Part shown: one piece after another, positions 1 through 17,370 of the stretch | Layout of the letters: each line of letters begins with the position of its first letter | Numbering within the stretch: position 1 is the first letter of the stretch | Assembly (NCBI GenBank): GCA_965153355.1 | Contig: OZ231126.1 | Location: 31,496,001 to 31,560,000, forward strand | Direction of reading: 5' to 3' | From: Flaccisagitta enflata | Lineage: Eukaryota | DNA: 64,000 bases | Position numbers and translations under genes: made by a program | The notes under the pieces: generated by a model | The model's input: only the letters and a program-made list of their open reading frames with translations | Told to the model about the DNA's origin: nothing | Databases searched by the model: none

Positions 1-3018
<3,018 letters not shown>

Positions 3019-3784
3019 ATTTCTCCGCCTCCTCTTGTCGATGATGGGACTTGGCGAGAGTCATTTCCTGCGGTTCTTTTGTATGGATTATGACTATGCT
3101 TCATCCTGTTATCGTAATTGTTATCGTGATCGGCTCATTGTTTTGTTTCTCCTCCAACTTCTGCCTCCTTCTGTCCTCCTCTTCCATTTATCCCTTTCAC
3201 TTCCTCTTCCTCATGAGCCTTGATTTTCCTCATTGTCGTTATCAATTCAGAATCATCGTTAAGGACAATCTTTGGGGTGCCAACTGATACGAGAAGGATC
3301 AAAGGCTCAAAAACCTTAGAATTTCAAATTTTAGAATGTTTACTAATTCCATACTAAAACCATTCGCTGATATCTTTAAAACAAAATGGAATTCAGGATG
3401 GAGAAGTTCAATGACAATATCCGTTTGATTGTACAGCAAACGCCATTCAAATCAATTCAATTCGATCTTGTCAGTGTGTTATTCTCAACGTAATATTGTT
3501 CAATGTTCATTGACCTCTTGCAAAGTCGTTGGAAAAATGTTGCACGGCCTATTTGTCCAGCAGTCATACAACTACTTGTACTTGTTATTTCATATTTCAA
3601 ACAAAAATTAATTTATTCCTTCAATTAATACCTGTTCTTCTAACTGGGCTTGACAAAACGAAAAAAGCGCAAATAAGGCTGGGAATAGTGGACTCAATTG
3701 AGCTAGACAGGGAAGCATAAAGTTGAGCGACTTTCTTTTCTGGGAGAGGTGTGGGAGGAAATTGGCGAGTGATGGATTTTTAAG

Positions 3785-4000
3785 ATGGATGGATGGATGG
3801 ACAGATGGACGGACGGATGGACGGACGGACAGACGGACGGACGGACGGACGGACGGACAGACGGACGGACGGATGGACGGACGGATGGATGGACGGACGG
3901 ATGGACGGACGCATGGACAGACAGATGAACAGATGGATGGACGGACGGACAGATGGACGGATGGATGGATGGATGGACGGACAGACGGATGGATGGGCGG
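3785..4000. repeat. (GGAC/GGAT)n microsatellite inside a HINE-like element
   Basis: Tetranucleotide run, flanked by AACAAGACC/GGCC-type ends seen in other copies. Confidence 0.85.
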
Positions 4001-4253
4001 ATAGACCATCTTATAGAGATGCGAGGATGCATCTGAAAATGAATTGGAATTGTATGGGAGGGATTGAATTGGTGATGGATGGATTTTTGAAAAAGAGTAA
4101 TGGACCAAGGGATAGATGGATGGACCAACCTTCTTATATAGATGTGAGGACGCATTTAACAAGACCAAGTAGGCCAATAAGTGCGCCAGGCTGATTGTCA
4201 AAGGTTTGCCTGACCGACCGACCAACATAACCAAAATAACAAGTTAACTTTTT

Positions 4254-4581
4254 CAGGGGTGTATACTATTGAGTCGTTTTTTATATCCCCCCCCCCTCTC
4301 GCCTTTGATTTTCTTTCCCTTAACACATTGCATCACATTTTATATCTATGATTTTCTTCCCCATATGTATAACAATAAAACAATGTGGTTAAGGCTTAAA
4401 TAGACAATAGTGTTGAATTATGTTTTATTAATTGTGTGTTATGATTTGGTACTGACAAAAGTTATATTTTCCCAAGATTTCCTTTTTTTCTCTTTTTTTC
4501 CCCTTTTGATTTCCTTCCCAATCTCCAGACCCTTTGATTTCCCACGGGGGGGGGGGGGGAACTTAATAATATACAGGCCTG
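4254..4581. mobile_element. hAT-like MITE
   Basis: TIRs CAGGGGTGTATACTATTGAGT / ACTTAATAATATACAGGCCTG; perfect 8-bp TSD AACTTTTT at 4246-4253 and 4582-4589. Confidence 0.85.
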
Positions 4582-4847
4582 AACTTTTTAGAATGATACA
4601 TCAGGTTGTGTTTCCTTTCGAATAATTGTAAGACTCTATAGGATGAACTGTTGCACATGCCGTCTAGTTTGCATTTTTTGCTCCCTCGATCCGCGTTCCA
4701 TGTTACGAATCACGAACAATGTTTACAGATTTGGAATTTGTCACAGCTGTTAGCACCGTCATCGCCATCATCAATAAGATCATCGATCATCGATAATCAT
4801 CGTCAGAGAGAGCCAGGCTATCAACTTATGAGTAACTTGACTGAGTA

Positions 4848-5198
<351 letters not shown>

Positions 5199-5436
5199 AC
5201 CTATAGTCTAAGCCCTTGATCCTTACTCATATGTCGGGATAGAAAGTGACTGGTGGACCTTGCATGTTTTTCTACCCATTTTTAAATTTCCATTTAGATT
5301 TCCACTAGATTTGACAATGTTATCATTATTATCACTTTCTTTTTTTTTTCTTCTTCTTGATCTTCTTCTTCTTCTTCTTTTTCTTCTTCTCCTTCTTCTT
5401 CTTCTTCTTCTTCTTCTTCTTCTTCTTCTTCTTTAT

Positions 5437-6871
5437 TTTTGGGCAGCGGCCCCAAAGGAGACGAAGTCCTGTAGAACACAGGGGGACTTTCGTTCGTCCG
5501 TTTGTCCGTCCGTCCGTCCATCCGTCCGTCCGTCCATCCATCCGTCCATCCATTTGTCCCCCCATTAGGCTCCTCAGGCCTCAAATCTGGCCTCTGAGAC
5601 CTCAAATCTGGCCTCTGAGACCCTCAATCTGGCCTCTTAGGCCTCAAATCCGGCCTCTCGGGCCTCAAAACCAGCCTCTCAGGCCTCAAATCCAGCCTTT
5701 CAAGCCTCAAACCTGGCCTCTCAGGCCTCAAACCTGGCTTTTGGGCAGCGGCCCCGAAGGGGACGAAGTCCTGTAGAACACAGGGGGACTTTCGTTCGTC
5801 CGTCCGTCCGTCCGTTCGTTCGTTCGTCCGTTCATCCCCCCCCCTCATTGGGCCCCTCAGGCCTCAAATCTGGCCTCTGAGACCTCAAATCTGACCTCTC
5901 AGGCCTCAAATCCAGCCTCTCAGGCCTAAAATCCAGCTTCTCAGGCCTCAAATCCGGCCTCTCAGGCCTCAAATCCAACCTCTCAGGCCTAAAATCCAAC
6001 CTCTCAGGCCTCAAACCTGGTCTCTCATGCCTCAAATTAGGCTTCTCAGGCCTCAAATCCAAATTCTCAGGCCTCAAAACTGGCCTCTCAGGCCTCCAGG
6101 CCTCAAATCAGTTATCTAAGCCGCAATTTATTGCTCTCAGGCTTCAAATCAGTCCTCTGACCTTTCAAGCCCTAATCCAGCTCTCTCAAGCCTCAAGTCA
6201 GCCCTCTTAAGCTTCCGATTGGCATTCTGAGGCCTTACATCAGCCTTCTTAGACCTCAGTTTAGGCTCTTGAAGGCCTTCAGTAAGCCCTCTATAGCATC
6301 TCATATCCACTTCTTCAGGCGGACGAACGAAAGTCCCCCTGTGTTCTACAGGACTTCGTCCCCTTCGGGGCCGCTGCCCTGCTTCCCCTCACTCCAATTT
6401 ACAATCACTCAAAGCAGGGCAACGGGTATCGCTGACCACATATTGCCCTTGGGCGACCTGTTCAGGCCTAAAATTAGGCTTCTTAGGCCTCAAATCCAAA
6501 TCCTCAGGCCTCAAATCAGCTAAGCCTCAATTTATTGCTCTTAGGCTTCAAATCAGTACTCTCACCTTTCAAGCCTTAATCCAGCTCTCATAAGGCTCAA
6601 GTCAGCCCTCCCAAGCTTCCGATTGGCATTCTCAGGCCTTACATTAGCCTTCTTAGACCTCAGTTTAGCCTTAGGCTCTTGAAGGCCTTCAGTCAGCCCT
6701 CTATCACATCTCATCCACTTCTACAGGCATGACGAACGAAAGTCCCCCTGTGTTCTACAGGACTTTGTCCCCTTTGGGGCCGCTGCCCTGCTTCCCCTCA
6801 CTCCAATTCACAATCATTCAAAGCAGGGCAACGGGTATCGCTGACCACATATTGCCCTTGCGCGACCTGTT
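5437..6871 (+). mobile_element. Composite of HINE-like family B copies with 21-bp tandem core
   Basis: TTTTGGGCAGCGGCCCC start, (GTCC)n, tandem AGGCCTCAAATCCAGCCTCTC, inverted GGGGCCGCTGCCC, 3' GGGCAACGGGTATCGCTGACCA..GCGAC. Same layout recurs many times in the window. Confidence 0.7.
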
Positions 6872-8709
6872 TTTCTTCTTTTTGGGCAGCGACCCCGGAG
6901 GGGCCGATGACCTATGATTCCACACGGCAGTCTTTTACTCCGCATAGGCTAGGGGTGAGTGTCCATAGAGCTGAGTGTTGGATTAGTGTTTCATGTCACT
7001 TTGGGAACACAAATCACCCTTCAGTAAGTTTTTGCTAAAGCAAACTTTTTTTTTAAATCGCTCTGACGAGGAGAATGAAAATGACAGCTCTCTTTTCAAG
7101 TCGTCGCATTTTTTAAATCTTTAGAAAATCATAGCTCCTTTTCTAATAAAGCCACAATGCTGGGATTGAGCTCATTCGACGGGATTTTTTTAATAATTTA
7201 TCTGTGTAAAATTTCAACTCAATCGGTCAATGGGTTGCGGAGAAAATAGAGTTTCTTTCCGAAAAAAGGAAATTGAGTTTAACGGTTTTTTAGGGACTCG
7301 TTCAGTAAAATACTACTAATGAAATTGAATGTGATTTATAACTGCTATGGTCATGATTAGTTTGTAGTATGTATTGACCGCAGATCCATAAGAATTCATG
7401 TCTGTTTGTCGGTCTGCCTGTCCATCACACTTATGAAAAATCACGTATAATGGATGATTTCTTCATTTTTGTCATGTACCTCTCGTGCCTTTCCACTGTC
7501 ATTTTCGTGACTTTGTCCAGTCATTCATTCATTCATTCATTCATTCATCTATTTGTTCTTTAAAACCGTTCATTCATTAAAACATTCATTTATTTTTTCT
7601 TAATCAACGAGGCGTACATATTGGTCATATCTTTGCCTTGTTCTTGGATCTTTTGTCTTTTATTTCGTAAGTGTATCCTGTACTATTATCTAAACTAAGC
7701 CGGATTACACTTCCAATGAGTTGTCACATGCTGGTGGGCAGGGACAGTAAAGTAAGTGGGCAGGGGCAGTACGCTAACAAATCACTTTTCCAGCCCATTT
7801 GCGTCATCCAATGGACAGACAGACGGACCACGGGACATACCCTCTAATGGAGTCGCTTAGCAAGCGACTAAAAAGCATACTCGCAACTAAACAAGGCCGG
7901 GTACACGGCTACCCTAGTCACGTGCGGGTGGGCAGGGGCAGTAATGGACAAAGTCATTGAGGCATTTGGGCGGAAGCAGTAAGCCCAAAACGCTAAAAAA
8001 CGCCAAAAAAGTAACATAGGAACTGACGGACGGATGGATGGAGGGACGGACAAAGCGGAGTGTAGAGTCGCGTAGCACGCGACTAAAGAGTGCTCTTTCT
8101 TCAATCAGTTGGTACATCAGCATAAAGATTTCTGCCCCTGTCAACCTGCACTTTAGTGTCACTGCTTCATGAGGAGACTGAAAATTAAGAGGTGCCTTTT
8201 TGGTCTTATTTACGCCAACATTTACTACTCGACTCAATAAAAAAGCCGCACTTTTAAAAGACAAATTGTCATACCAAATTTCAAAATAGTAATTCTAAAT
8301 CTTTAACTGTTGCAAAACTTTTGAAAAGATCTTTCATTTGGCTCCAATCTGGCAATATTAGCTTTATTTGTTTAGAAATGGCATAAGAATAAGTAAAAAC
8401 TTTTTCATTATCAATTTGCAATCCCATTGAAAAAAGAGCATTTTTATGAATAAGAAGATAACTTTGACAAGCTCTAGCTAAACCGTTTGAGATACAGATC
8501 TGAGATGGGTCTAGAATGAAAGAAAATTTAAGAAAATCTTTAAAATAACTTTAACAGAAATATATTTGAATGATTTCTCTTTCTTGATTATCAACTCAAA
8601 ATAGGGTGCGGTTTTTTTAGTCGAGTAGTAAATACATTTGAATTCATTTGAATACATTTGAATAAATTTGGATGAACTTAAGTACAAATTGAAATTGAAG
8701 CGAAATTTT

Positions 8710-8862
8710 TTATTTACCGCCTTCAGAAGCTTGTGGATGTAATTGTAAACCTCGGAATTCAAATCTTTAACAATGAAATCTCGGTAAAATTTGTCAAAAT
8801 CCGCGTGGACGGCTTCCCCAGCAGATTCGTTTCATAAAGCCGTGCCCATCCCTTGATCATAT
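8710..8862 (-). pseudogene. Degenerate transposase C-terminal fragment
   Basis: Minus strand reads YDQGMGTAL*NESAGEAVHADFDKFYRDFIVKDLNSEVYNYIHKLLKAVNK, resembling the SEQxxExxH catalytic-Glu motif of Chapaev/Transib-type transposases; contains an in-frame stop. Confidence 0.5.
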
Positions 8863-9171
8863 GAAATTCTCCATGAGGTAGATTTGATATATATTACCTC
8901 AGTCGTTATGCCCTAACAACAACTCATCCATTTATTTATCAATCGACTTAGTCTTAGCCAAATGGCCCAAATCCAAGCAAGTCCAAATCTGGTCAGGAAA
9001 TAAGCATCAGAGGTCACAATATACTTCAAAATGGTAAACCTCAGGCCAGGATTGAGGTTCTCTAGCCAGATATAGGCCAGATTTGGGCCATTTAATGCTT
9101 AGATTTGGGCCATATTGTTTGGATTTGGGCCATTTAGCAGAATTTGGGTCAGAAAAGGCCCCAAAGGAGAA

Positions 9172-10230
9172 CAGGTCGCCCAAGGGCAATATGTGGTCAG
9201 CGATACCCGTTGCCCTGCTTTGTATGATTGTGAATTTGTGTGAGGGGGAAGCAGGGCAGCGGCCCCGAAGGGAACGAAGTCCGGTAGAACACAGGGGGAC
9301 TTTCGTTCGTCCTGCCTGACAATAGTGATGAGATGCTATAGTGCACTGATGAAGGCCTTCAAGAGTCTGAAGGCTTGTCCAAGGCTTAAATGGCCATCAG
9401 GTCTGATTTGAAGCCTTACAGCGCTACTTTAAGCCTGTGAGGCCTAATTTGAGGCCTGAGAGGGCTTATTTGAGGCCTAAGAGGCCAGGTTTGAGGCTAT
9501 TCAGGCTGGATATGAGTACTGACAAGCCAGATTTGAGACCTGAGAGACCAAATTTGAGGTCTGAGGGGCTGGAGGTGAGGCCCGAGAGATTGGATTTGAG
9601 GCTTGAGAGGCCAGACTGAGAGGCCAGATTTGAGAACTGACAGGCCAGATTTGAGACCAGAGAGACCAAATTTGAGGCGTGAGGGGCTGGATTTGAGGTG
9701 TGAGGGGCTGGATTGAAGGCCTGAGAGGCAGGATTTGAGGCCTGAGAGGCCAGATTTGAGGCCTGGAAGCCGGAGTTGAAGCCTGAGAGGCCAAATTTGA
9801 GACCTAAGAGGCCAGAATTGGATCTGAGGGGCCTGATGGGGGGGGGGACGGACAAACGAACGAACAGACGGACTAACGAAAGTCCCCCTGTGTTCTACAG
9901 GACTTCGTCCCCTTTGGGGCCGCTGCCCAAAAAGCCCGGAGGATGGGGCCAGGGGGGAGGGGGGGTGGATGGACAGAATCCCCCTGTGCTCTACAGGACT
10001 TTGTCCCCTTCAGGGCCGCTGCCCAAAAACACAACTTCCATTGAATATCATGGAAAATTACCCCAAAGACCTGAAATATGCCTTCTCAGGATGTAAGGAA
10101 AATTACCCCAGTGTCCTACAGGACATAAGCCCTTTGGGGCCGCTGCCCTGCTCTCACTCCACTTCTGCAGCTGATAACTCAAAGTAGGGCATTGGGTACC
10201 GCTGACCATGTTCAATCCTTGGATGACTTG
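9172..10230 (-). mobile_element. HINE-like family B copies (reverse orientation)
   Basis: Reverse complement of the 5437-6871 layout, with 21-bp GAGAGGCCAGATTTGAGGCCT repeats. Confidence 0.7.
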
Positions 10231-10316
10231 TTGTGTATGTATCTGTGTTGGGTAGGGAGTTAGGTGGGGCGTTGGGTGTGGATGGGGGTTGGCCGCCCCT
10301 GCCCACCGATCCACAA

Positions 10317-10373
<57 letters not shown>

Positions 10374-10413
10374 AGTGCCCGTCTCTGCTCGTCTGCCATA
10401 TCTGTATGTAACA

Positions 10414-10449
<36 letters not shown>

Positions 10450-10514
10450 CGCTTTTTCTCGCGCTCATTCTCTCTCAGGCGCTCTCACGCTCTGTCTGTC
10501 TCTCTGTCTGTCTC

Positions 10515-10591
<77 letters not shown>

Positions 10592-12076
10592 ATATCTCAT
10601 TGCAGCTCTAGCTGTTAAGTGTAGTCCGAAGTCTGAGGCAAAGTTACTCAGCTTAGTAATCGACATGTCTGTGTCAATGCAGCTATATTTCTAGTCGCTT
10701 GATTACAACAGCCTTTTTGAGCCACTTTTTGGTAGAATGCCCTGTCCGTCAGTTGTAGTCTATCCGTCCACCCATCACATATTGAAATTTCCACGAAAAA
10801 GAATACAATTTTTTTGCCATTTTTGAAAAGCAAATTCAATTTTTCCAGCAACCGCTTGACCGATTGAGACAAAATTTTACACAGAGAAACTACTTAAAAA
10901 GTGCCGTCAAATGAGCCCAATCCCAGCATTGTGGCGTTACTAGAAGAAGATTTATGATTTTCTAAAGATTAAAAAATTTCGATTGTTTCGAGCAAATAAC
11001 TGTCATTTTCATTCCCATCGAAAAGGTGATTTTAACAAAAAGATTGCTTTAGGAAAAACTGACCGAAGAGTGATTTGTGTTCCCAAAGCGACATAGAACA
11101 CTTCTCCACCACACAGGTCTTTGGACACTCACCCCTACCTTATGCGGAGTAAACAGACCGCCGTGTCCACATAGGGCAATTTTCTCAGGTTTCCCTCTTA
11201 TATGTTGTCAATAGAAGAAGAATGAAAATTAGAAAGGCCAAAAAGACAAACTTAAAGTAAGAAGTCAAGAATCTCCGTCCATACATGACATAGTAATTAC
11301 TGGACTGTGGACCAGTCAGAAATGCACTGTTAGATACCAGTATGATTTCTGGTCCGTCTGTCCATCCCCCCCCCCCCCCGGAAACCTCAAATCAGGCCTC
11401 TCAGGCCTAAAATCAATCCTATATAGGCCCAAATTAGGCCTTTCTTATCTCTAATCAGGCCTCTCAGACACAAAATCAGGCCTATCAGACCCAAAATCAG
11501 GCTCTCCTGGCCTCAAATTAAGCCTCTCAGACCTCAAATTTTGCTTTTGAGACCCTAGATTGGACCTTTCAGACCACAAATTGTGCCTCTCAGATCTCAA
11601 ATCAAGCCTCAGATCCTAAATGAAGCCTCTCAAACCTCGATGCAGGCCTCTCAGACCCCAAGTCAAGCCTCTCAGACCCCAAATCTGGCCTTTCCAGCCA
11701 AAAAGCAGGCCTCATATTCCCTAAATCAGCCCTCCAAGACTCATTGGAAAAAAGTCGAATTACGTAATTTGACTTTTTGAAACGTAGGGGAGAAATAAAG
11801 TTTTCCATTTTTGATTTGAGGCAATTTTAGGAAGTTGGGCCGTTTTCTGGGTGGGATGATACATTTTTTGATATTCACAGCTAAGAAAGCACTAATTTTT
11901 TTCTTTCAAATAGCACCAACCAGAGGTCTCTACGATCAATATTTTTCCCGCTATGATTTTTTGAATCTTTTTTTATTTTTCCGCAATCTCGCAAAAATCA
12001 ATATTTTTCATTGATATCAATTCTCAGCCTTACGTAACAATAGAGAGGAGTGAAGATGTTACGTAAATTGACTCCA

Positions 12077-12183
<107 letters not shown>

Positions 12184-12789
12184 AAAGGGAGACCGAGAGA
12201 AAAAAGAGACACAGAGAGACAGAGATTGAATAACAAAAACAGGCAAGCAATCAAATGTACATTATGAGTTGCACACACAGAGGAACATGCACCGAAGAAA
12301 AGAGACTCCCATGTACGATTTTTTTCCGGTCGGCAATTAGCCGCCTTTATTGGTAATCAGACATCTTAGCCCCCAAAATCAGCCTCTGAAACCTTCATTT
12401 GTCCAAGTCCCCTCAAAAACAAATCACTCCTTTCAGCTTTGGTCTCAACACAGTATAATTGTTGTCATAGCAGCTGAGGGACATCGAGCTATTTTTTGAA
12501 CTACAGTGAGTTAGTTCATAATTTTGTTTTTCAACTATACTCCACTATGTAAGGATACACTATATCCACTTACAAGCCCTTATTCCGACGTTAAGTGTTG
12601 TTGTTTTAATAATAAACATTTTCAGATTTGACCTCTCTGGCATTGCTCTTTTGTTTTAGTTTCTTCTTCCGACACTTGCCTTACCAGAGATTAGCCAACT
12701 CGAGCTTGGAGATAGCTAAATCTAAGCCAAACTAGCTACTCTTTGGAATTGCGTCCAATTTGGATAATTTTTCAACTGAAGGTTTTTTT

Positions 12790-14820
12790 CATATCTCTCC
12801 ATGTCTCTTTATATTTCTTTATGTCTCTTCATGTTTTATCATGTCTTTTTTTCCTACTCAACTAAAGTGAACTAAATTTAACTTAGTGTTTCTTAGAATA
12901 GAACTGTTTTTGTCTGGTTTTGTCTGTTTTTGTATTTTTTTTTCTCTTTTTGTCTCTTCTTGTCATTTCATGTGACCTCTTGTCTTTTCATGTCTCTTTT
13001 GTTAGTTTTTGTGTCTTTCTCTCTCTTTTTGTCTTTTTTTGTCTTTTAATGTCTTTTTATATCTCTTAATGTCTCTGTTTATCTTTTTATGTGTTGTTTT
13101 GTCTCTTTTTGTTTCTTGATGTCTCTTTATGTCTCTTCATGTCTTTTTCATCTGTTTTTGTCTCTTTATGTCTCTTAAAAGGCTTTTTGTCTCTTTATGT
13201 CTCTTTGTGTCTCTTCATGTCTTTTTTATTATCTTTTTAGGTCTTTTTTTGTGTCTATATGCATTTTTTGTCTCTCTATGTCTATTGTTGTCTCTTTAGT
13301 CTCTCCTTGTCTCCTCTTGCCTCTTTTTGTCTCTTTTTGTCTCTTTATGTCTCTTTATGTCTTTTCATGTCTTTTTTTGTCTGTTTATGTCTTTTATTGT
13401 CTCTTTTGTCTCTCCTTCTCTCCTCTTGCCTCTTTTTGTCTCTTTATGTCTCTTTATGTCTCTTCTTGTCTCTTCATGTCTTTTTTTGTCTCTTTATGTC
13501 TTTTTTTGTCTCTTTTGTCTCTCCTTCTCTCCTCTTGCCTCTTTTTGTCTCTTTTTGTGTCTTTATGTCTCTTTATGTCTCTTCATGTCTCTCTAAGTCT
13601 TTTTTTGTCTTTTTATGTCTCTTTTTGTCTCTTTTGTCTCTTCTTGTTTGTTCTTGTTTGTTTTTGTTTACTTTTGTCTCTTTATGTCTCTTTTTGTCTC
13701 TTCATGTCTTTTTATGTCTTTTTTTATTTTTTTATGTCTTTTTTGTGTCTATATGCATTTTTTTGTCTCTGTATATCTTTTGTTATCTCTTTTGTCTCTC
13801 CTTGTCTCCTTTTGTCTCTTTATGTCTCTTAAAAGGCTTTTTGTCTCTTTATGTCTCTTTGTGTCTCTTCATGTCTTTTTTATGTCTTTTTACGTCTTTT
13901 TTTGTGTCTATATGCATTTTTTGTCTCTCTATGTCTATTGTTGTCTCTTTTGTCTCTCCTTGTCTCCTCTTGCCTCTTTTTGTCTCTTTATGTCTCTTTA
14001 TGTCTCTTCATGTCTCTCTAAGTCTCTTATGTCTCTTTAAGTCTCTTTTTGTCTCTTTTGTCTCTTCTTGTTTGTGCTTGTTTTTTTTGTTTATTTTTGT
14101 CTGTTTATGTCTCTTTTGTCTCTCCATGTCTTTTTATGTCTTTTTTATCTTTTTATGTCTTTTTTGTGTCTATATGCATTTTTTTGTCTCTTTATGTCTT
14201 TTGTTGTCTCTATTGTCTCTCCTTGTCTCCTCTTGCCTTTTTTTGTCTCTTTAAGTCTCTTTATGTCTCTTCATGTTTTTTTGGCTCTTTATGTCTTTTG
14301 TTGCCTCTTTTGTCTCTCCTTGTCTCTCCTTGTCTCTCCTTGCCTCTTTTTGTCTTTTTTGTCTTTTTTTGTCTCTCTATGTCTCTTCATGTCTTTTTAT
14401 GTAAATTTTTGTCTCTGAATGTCATTTTTGTCTCTTTTTGTTTGTTTTTGCCGATTTTGTCTCTTTATGTCTTTTCATGTCTTTTGGTGTCTTTTTTTGT
14501 CTCTTTATGTCTTTTTGTGTCGGTTATGTCTCTCCTTGTCTGTTTTTTTTCCTTTTTGTCTCTGTATGTCTCTTCATGTCTCTTCATGTCTTTTTATCTT
14601 TTGTCTCTTTTGTGTCTTTTTCGTCAGTTTATTGCTTTTTATGTTTTTTTTTCCTTTTAGCTCTTTTTGCCTAAATATGTCTCTTCATGTCACTTTATGT
14701 GTCTGCATATCTCTGTATGTCTCTTTTTGTCTCTTTTTGTCTCTTTATGTCTCTTTATGGTTTTTTATGTCTCTTCATGTCTCTTCATGTCTCTTCATGT
14801 CTTTTCTGTCACTTTGTCTT
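12790..14820 (+). repeat. Degenerate ~10-bp tandem array (ATGTCTCTTT-like)
   Basis: TGTCTCTTT/ATGTCTCTTC units over ~2 kb; internal duplication 13170~13820. Confidence 0.92.
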
Positions 14821-15639
14821 TTTAGTCGCGGACACGCGACTACACCTTGCTGTGTTGGTCGGTAGGTTGGTCCGTCCCTCGGTCCGTCACATTTTTGAAT
14901 TCCAAGCGGTTTAGGCATTACTGCTCCTGCCCAACCGTCCGCGACTGGATTGCCGTGTATCCGGCTTTGTTTTGTCTCTGTCTTTTTATGTCTCTTCTTG
15001 TCTCTTTATGTCTTTTTTTTTGTTTTAATGACACCACTTTATATCCTTTAAACAAAAAAGTATCCCTCATAAAACTAAAACCCAGTGTTTCTAAGAACAA
15101 GACTGAGCAGATCAATAACATCAGTGAAGCAAAAAAAAACTTAACTAGGTATTCATGAAGATTGTTTTTGTACAAATTAAACTGTATCAAGGAGTGAATC
15201 AGTTGATGTGCAGAAATGAAAGAATGCCTTTACAGTTTACATAGTAATCAAATGGTTGATGTGGTGGGACAATTTAAAAATTGATAGTTAAAAAGCATTG
15301 CAAAGTACCAATTGAAAAAAAGTGCAATCAAAAAAGCTAAAAATGAACTAGCTGCATATGACGAGAACCCAATTAAGTCACTCAAATCAAAGTAAAATAA
15401 AAAAAATGAAAAGACAGAAACCAATATGAATAATATTACCAAATTTATAGTATAACCACCTCCTTTTGCTTTAAGTATGTCTATCAACAATGAATAATTA
15501 GATTTATGGCAGGATATTCATGGCAGAGGAAGTATTTCATCATTTTGCAACAAATCTTTTTCCAAAAAATTGTCTTAAAATACAAATTTTTTCCAAAATC
15601 CGTCAAATTACCTAAAATTTCCCTTGATGTAAGGGATAT

Positions 15640-15804
15640 TTTCAAAAGCTTGTCTCTCAAATCCAAATATCCCTTAAATAGAGGTTCCTTAAATAGAGGT
15701 TTTTTAACATTGGAAAAGCCTGAAAAAACTCGGGACCAGACAGTGTTGTCTCTTAAATGTGGATATCCCTTAAATAGAGGTGCCACTAAGGTGGGATTCC
15801 ACTG
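15640..15804. mobile_element. Tc1/mariner (pogo/Tigger-like) terminal inverted repeat, single end
   Basis: Ends GTGGGATTCCACTG|TA with repeated subterminal CCTTAAATAGAGG motifs; partner end not found. Confidence 0.5.
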
Positions 15805-16064
15805 TATATCCGGCCTAGTTTTTTTCTTCAAGCTTTTTATTTTCTTCCCCAGCTCTAAACCCTTTGCTCAACTTTATAGACGCCTGATTGAAAATTAACA
15901 TAAAATTTGCTTCCCATGCTAAATGAATCATGATTTTTATAAAATAAACTGAAAAGCGTTTCTATGTGTTTCTCATAATTGTGAATCGATACATCATGCA
16001 TGGATAAAATTTTATAAGCCAATCTTAATCCAAACTTTTCATTTAATGGTTTAGATAATTTAAA

Positions 16065-17370
16065 CATATAAAGATATAAAGGGACATGAGGAGACATGAA
16101 GAGACAAAAAAAGACAAGAAGAGACAAAAAGAAACAAAAAAGAGAGAAAGAGGCTAAAGGGAGACATGAAGAGACATGAAGAGACATGAAGAGACGTCTT
16201 GAGACATATTGAGAAATGTAGACATATAGAGAGAGGAAGAGACACAAAGAGAAACAAAAAGACACAAAGAGACGCAAAGAGACACAAAGAGACAAACAGA
16301 GACAAAAAAGACAAAAAGAGACACAAATAGACAAAAAGAGACAAAAAGAGACATAATGAGACATGAAGAGACATGAAGAGACATAAAAAAACAAAAAAAA
16401 ACATATAAAGACTTGAAGAGACAAGAAAAGACGAAAAAAGACCAAGAGATATCAAGAGATATCAAGAGATAAGCAGGGACCGGAAGAGACACAAAGAGAC
16501 ACAAAGAAACACAAAGAGACACTAAGAGACACTAAGAGACACTAAGAGACACAAAGAGACACAAAGAGACACAAAGAGACACAAAGACACAAAGAGACAT
16601 AAAAAGACATATAAAGACATAAAGAGACATGAAGAGACATGCAGAAACAAAAAGAGACAATAAGGGCATAAGGAGACATTTAAAAAGACAGAAAGAGGCA
16701 TGAAGAGACATGAAGAGACAAGAAATGATGAAAAAAGACCAAGAGATATCAAGAGATATCAAGAGATAAGCAGGGACCGGAAGAGACACAAAGAGACACA
16801 AAGAAACACAAAGAGACACTTAGAGACACTAAGAGACACAAAGAGACACAAAGAGACACAAAGAGACATAAAGAGACATAAAGAGACATATGAAGACATA
16901 AAGAGACATGAAGAGACATGAAGAAACAAAAAAAGACAATAAGGGCATAAAGAGACATTTAAAAAGACAGAAAGAGGAATGAAGAGACATAAAAAGACAA
17001 AAAAAGACATGAAGGTACATGAAGAGACATAAAGAGACATAAATAGACATAAAATGGCATAAAAAGACATAAAAAGACAAAAAATGACATAGAAACATAA
17101 AGAGACATAAAGAGACATAAAAAGACAAAAAAAGATATAAAGAGACATAAAGAGACATGGAAAGACAAAAAAAGACATGAAGGGATATGAAGAGACATAA
17201 AGAGACATAAAATGACATAAGAAGGCATAAAGATATATAAAGATACAAAAAAATGCCATAAAAACATAAAGAGACATAAAAAGACAAACAAAGACATAAA
17301 GAGACATGAAGAGACAAAAAGTGACATAAAGAGACAAAGAGACATAACGTAACATAAAGACACAAAACAA
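16065..17370 (-). repeat. Same ~10-bp tandem array in inverted orientation (AAAGAGACAT)
   Basis: Reverse complement of the 12790-14820 unit; internal ~300-bp duplication (16440~16740). Confidence 0.92.

Larger units (their letters stand above)
6923..11165. mobile_element. Chapaev-like (CMC) DNA transposon, decayed, with ~320-bp TIRs
   Basis: Ends CACGGCAGTCTTTTACTCCGCATA / TATGCGGAGTAAACAGACCGCCGTG; TIR similarity extends ~320 bp; 4-bp TSD TCCA (6919-6922, 11166-11169); interrupts a family B element. Confidence 0.75.

Noticed and set aside
4725-4800. Possible short terminal exon after TTTACAG
   Set aside because: Only ~22 codons, no motif and no partner exons.
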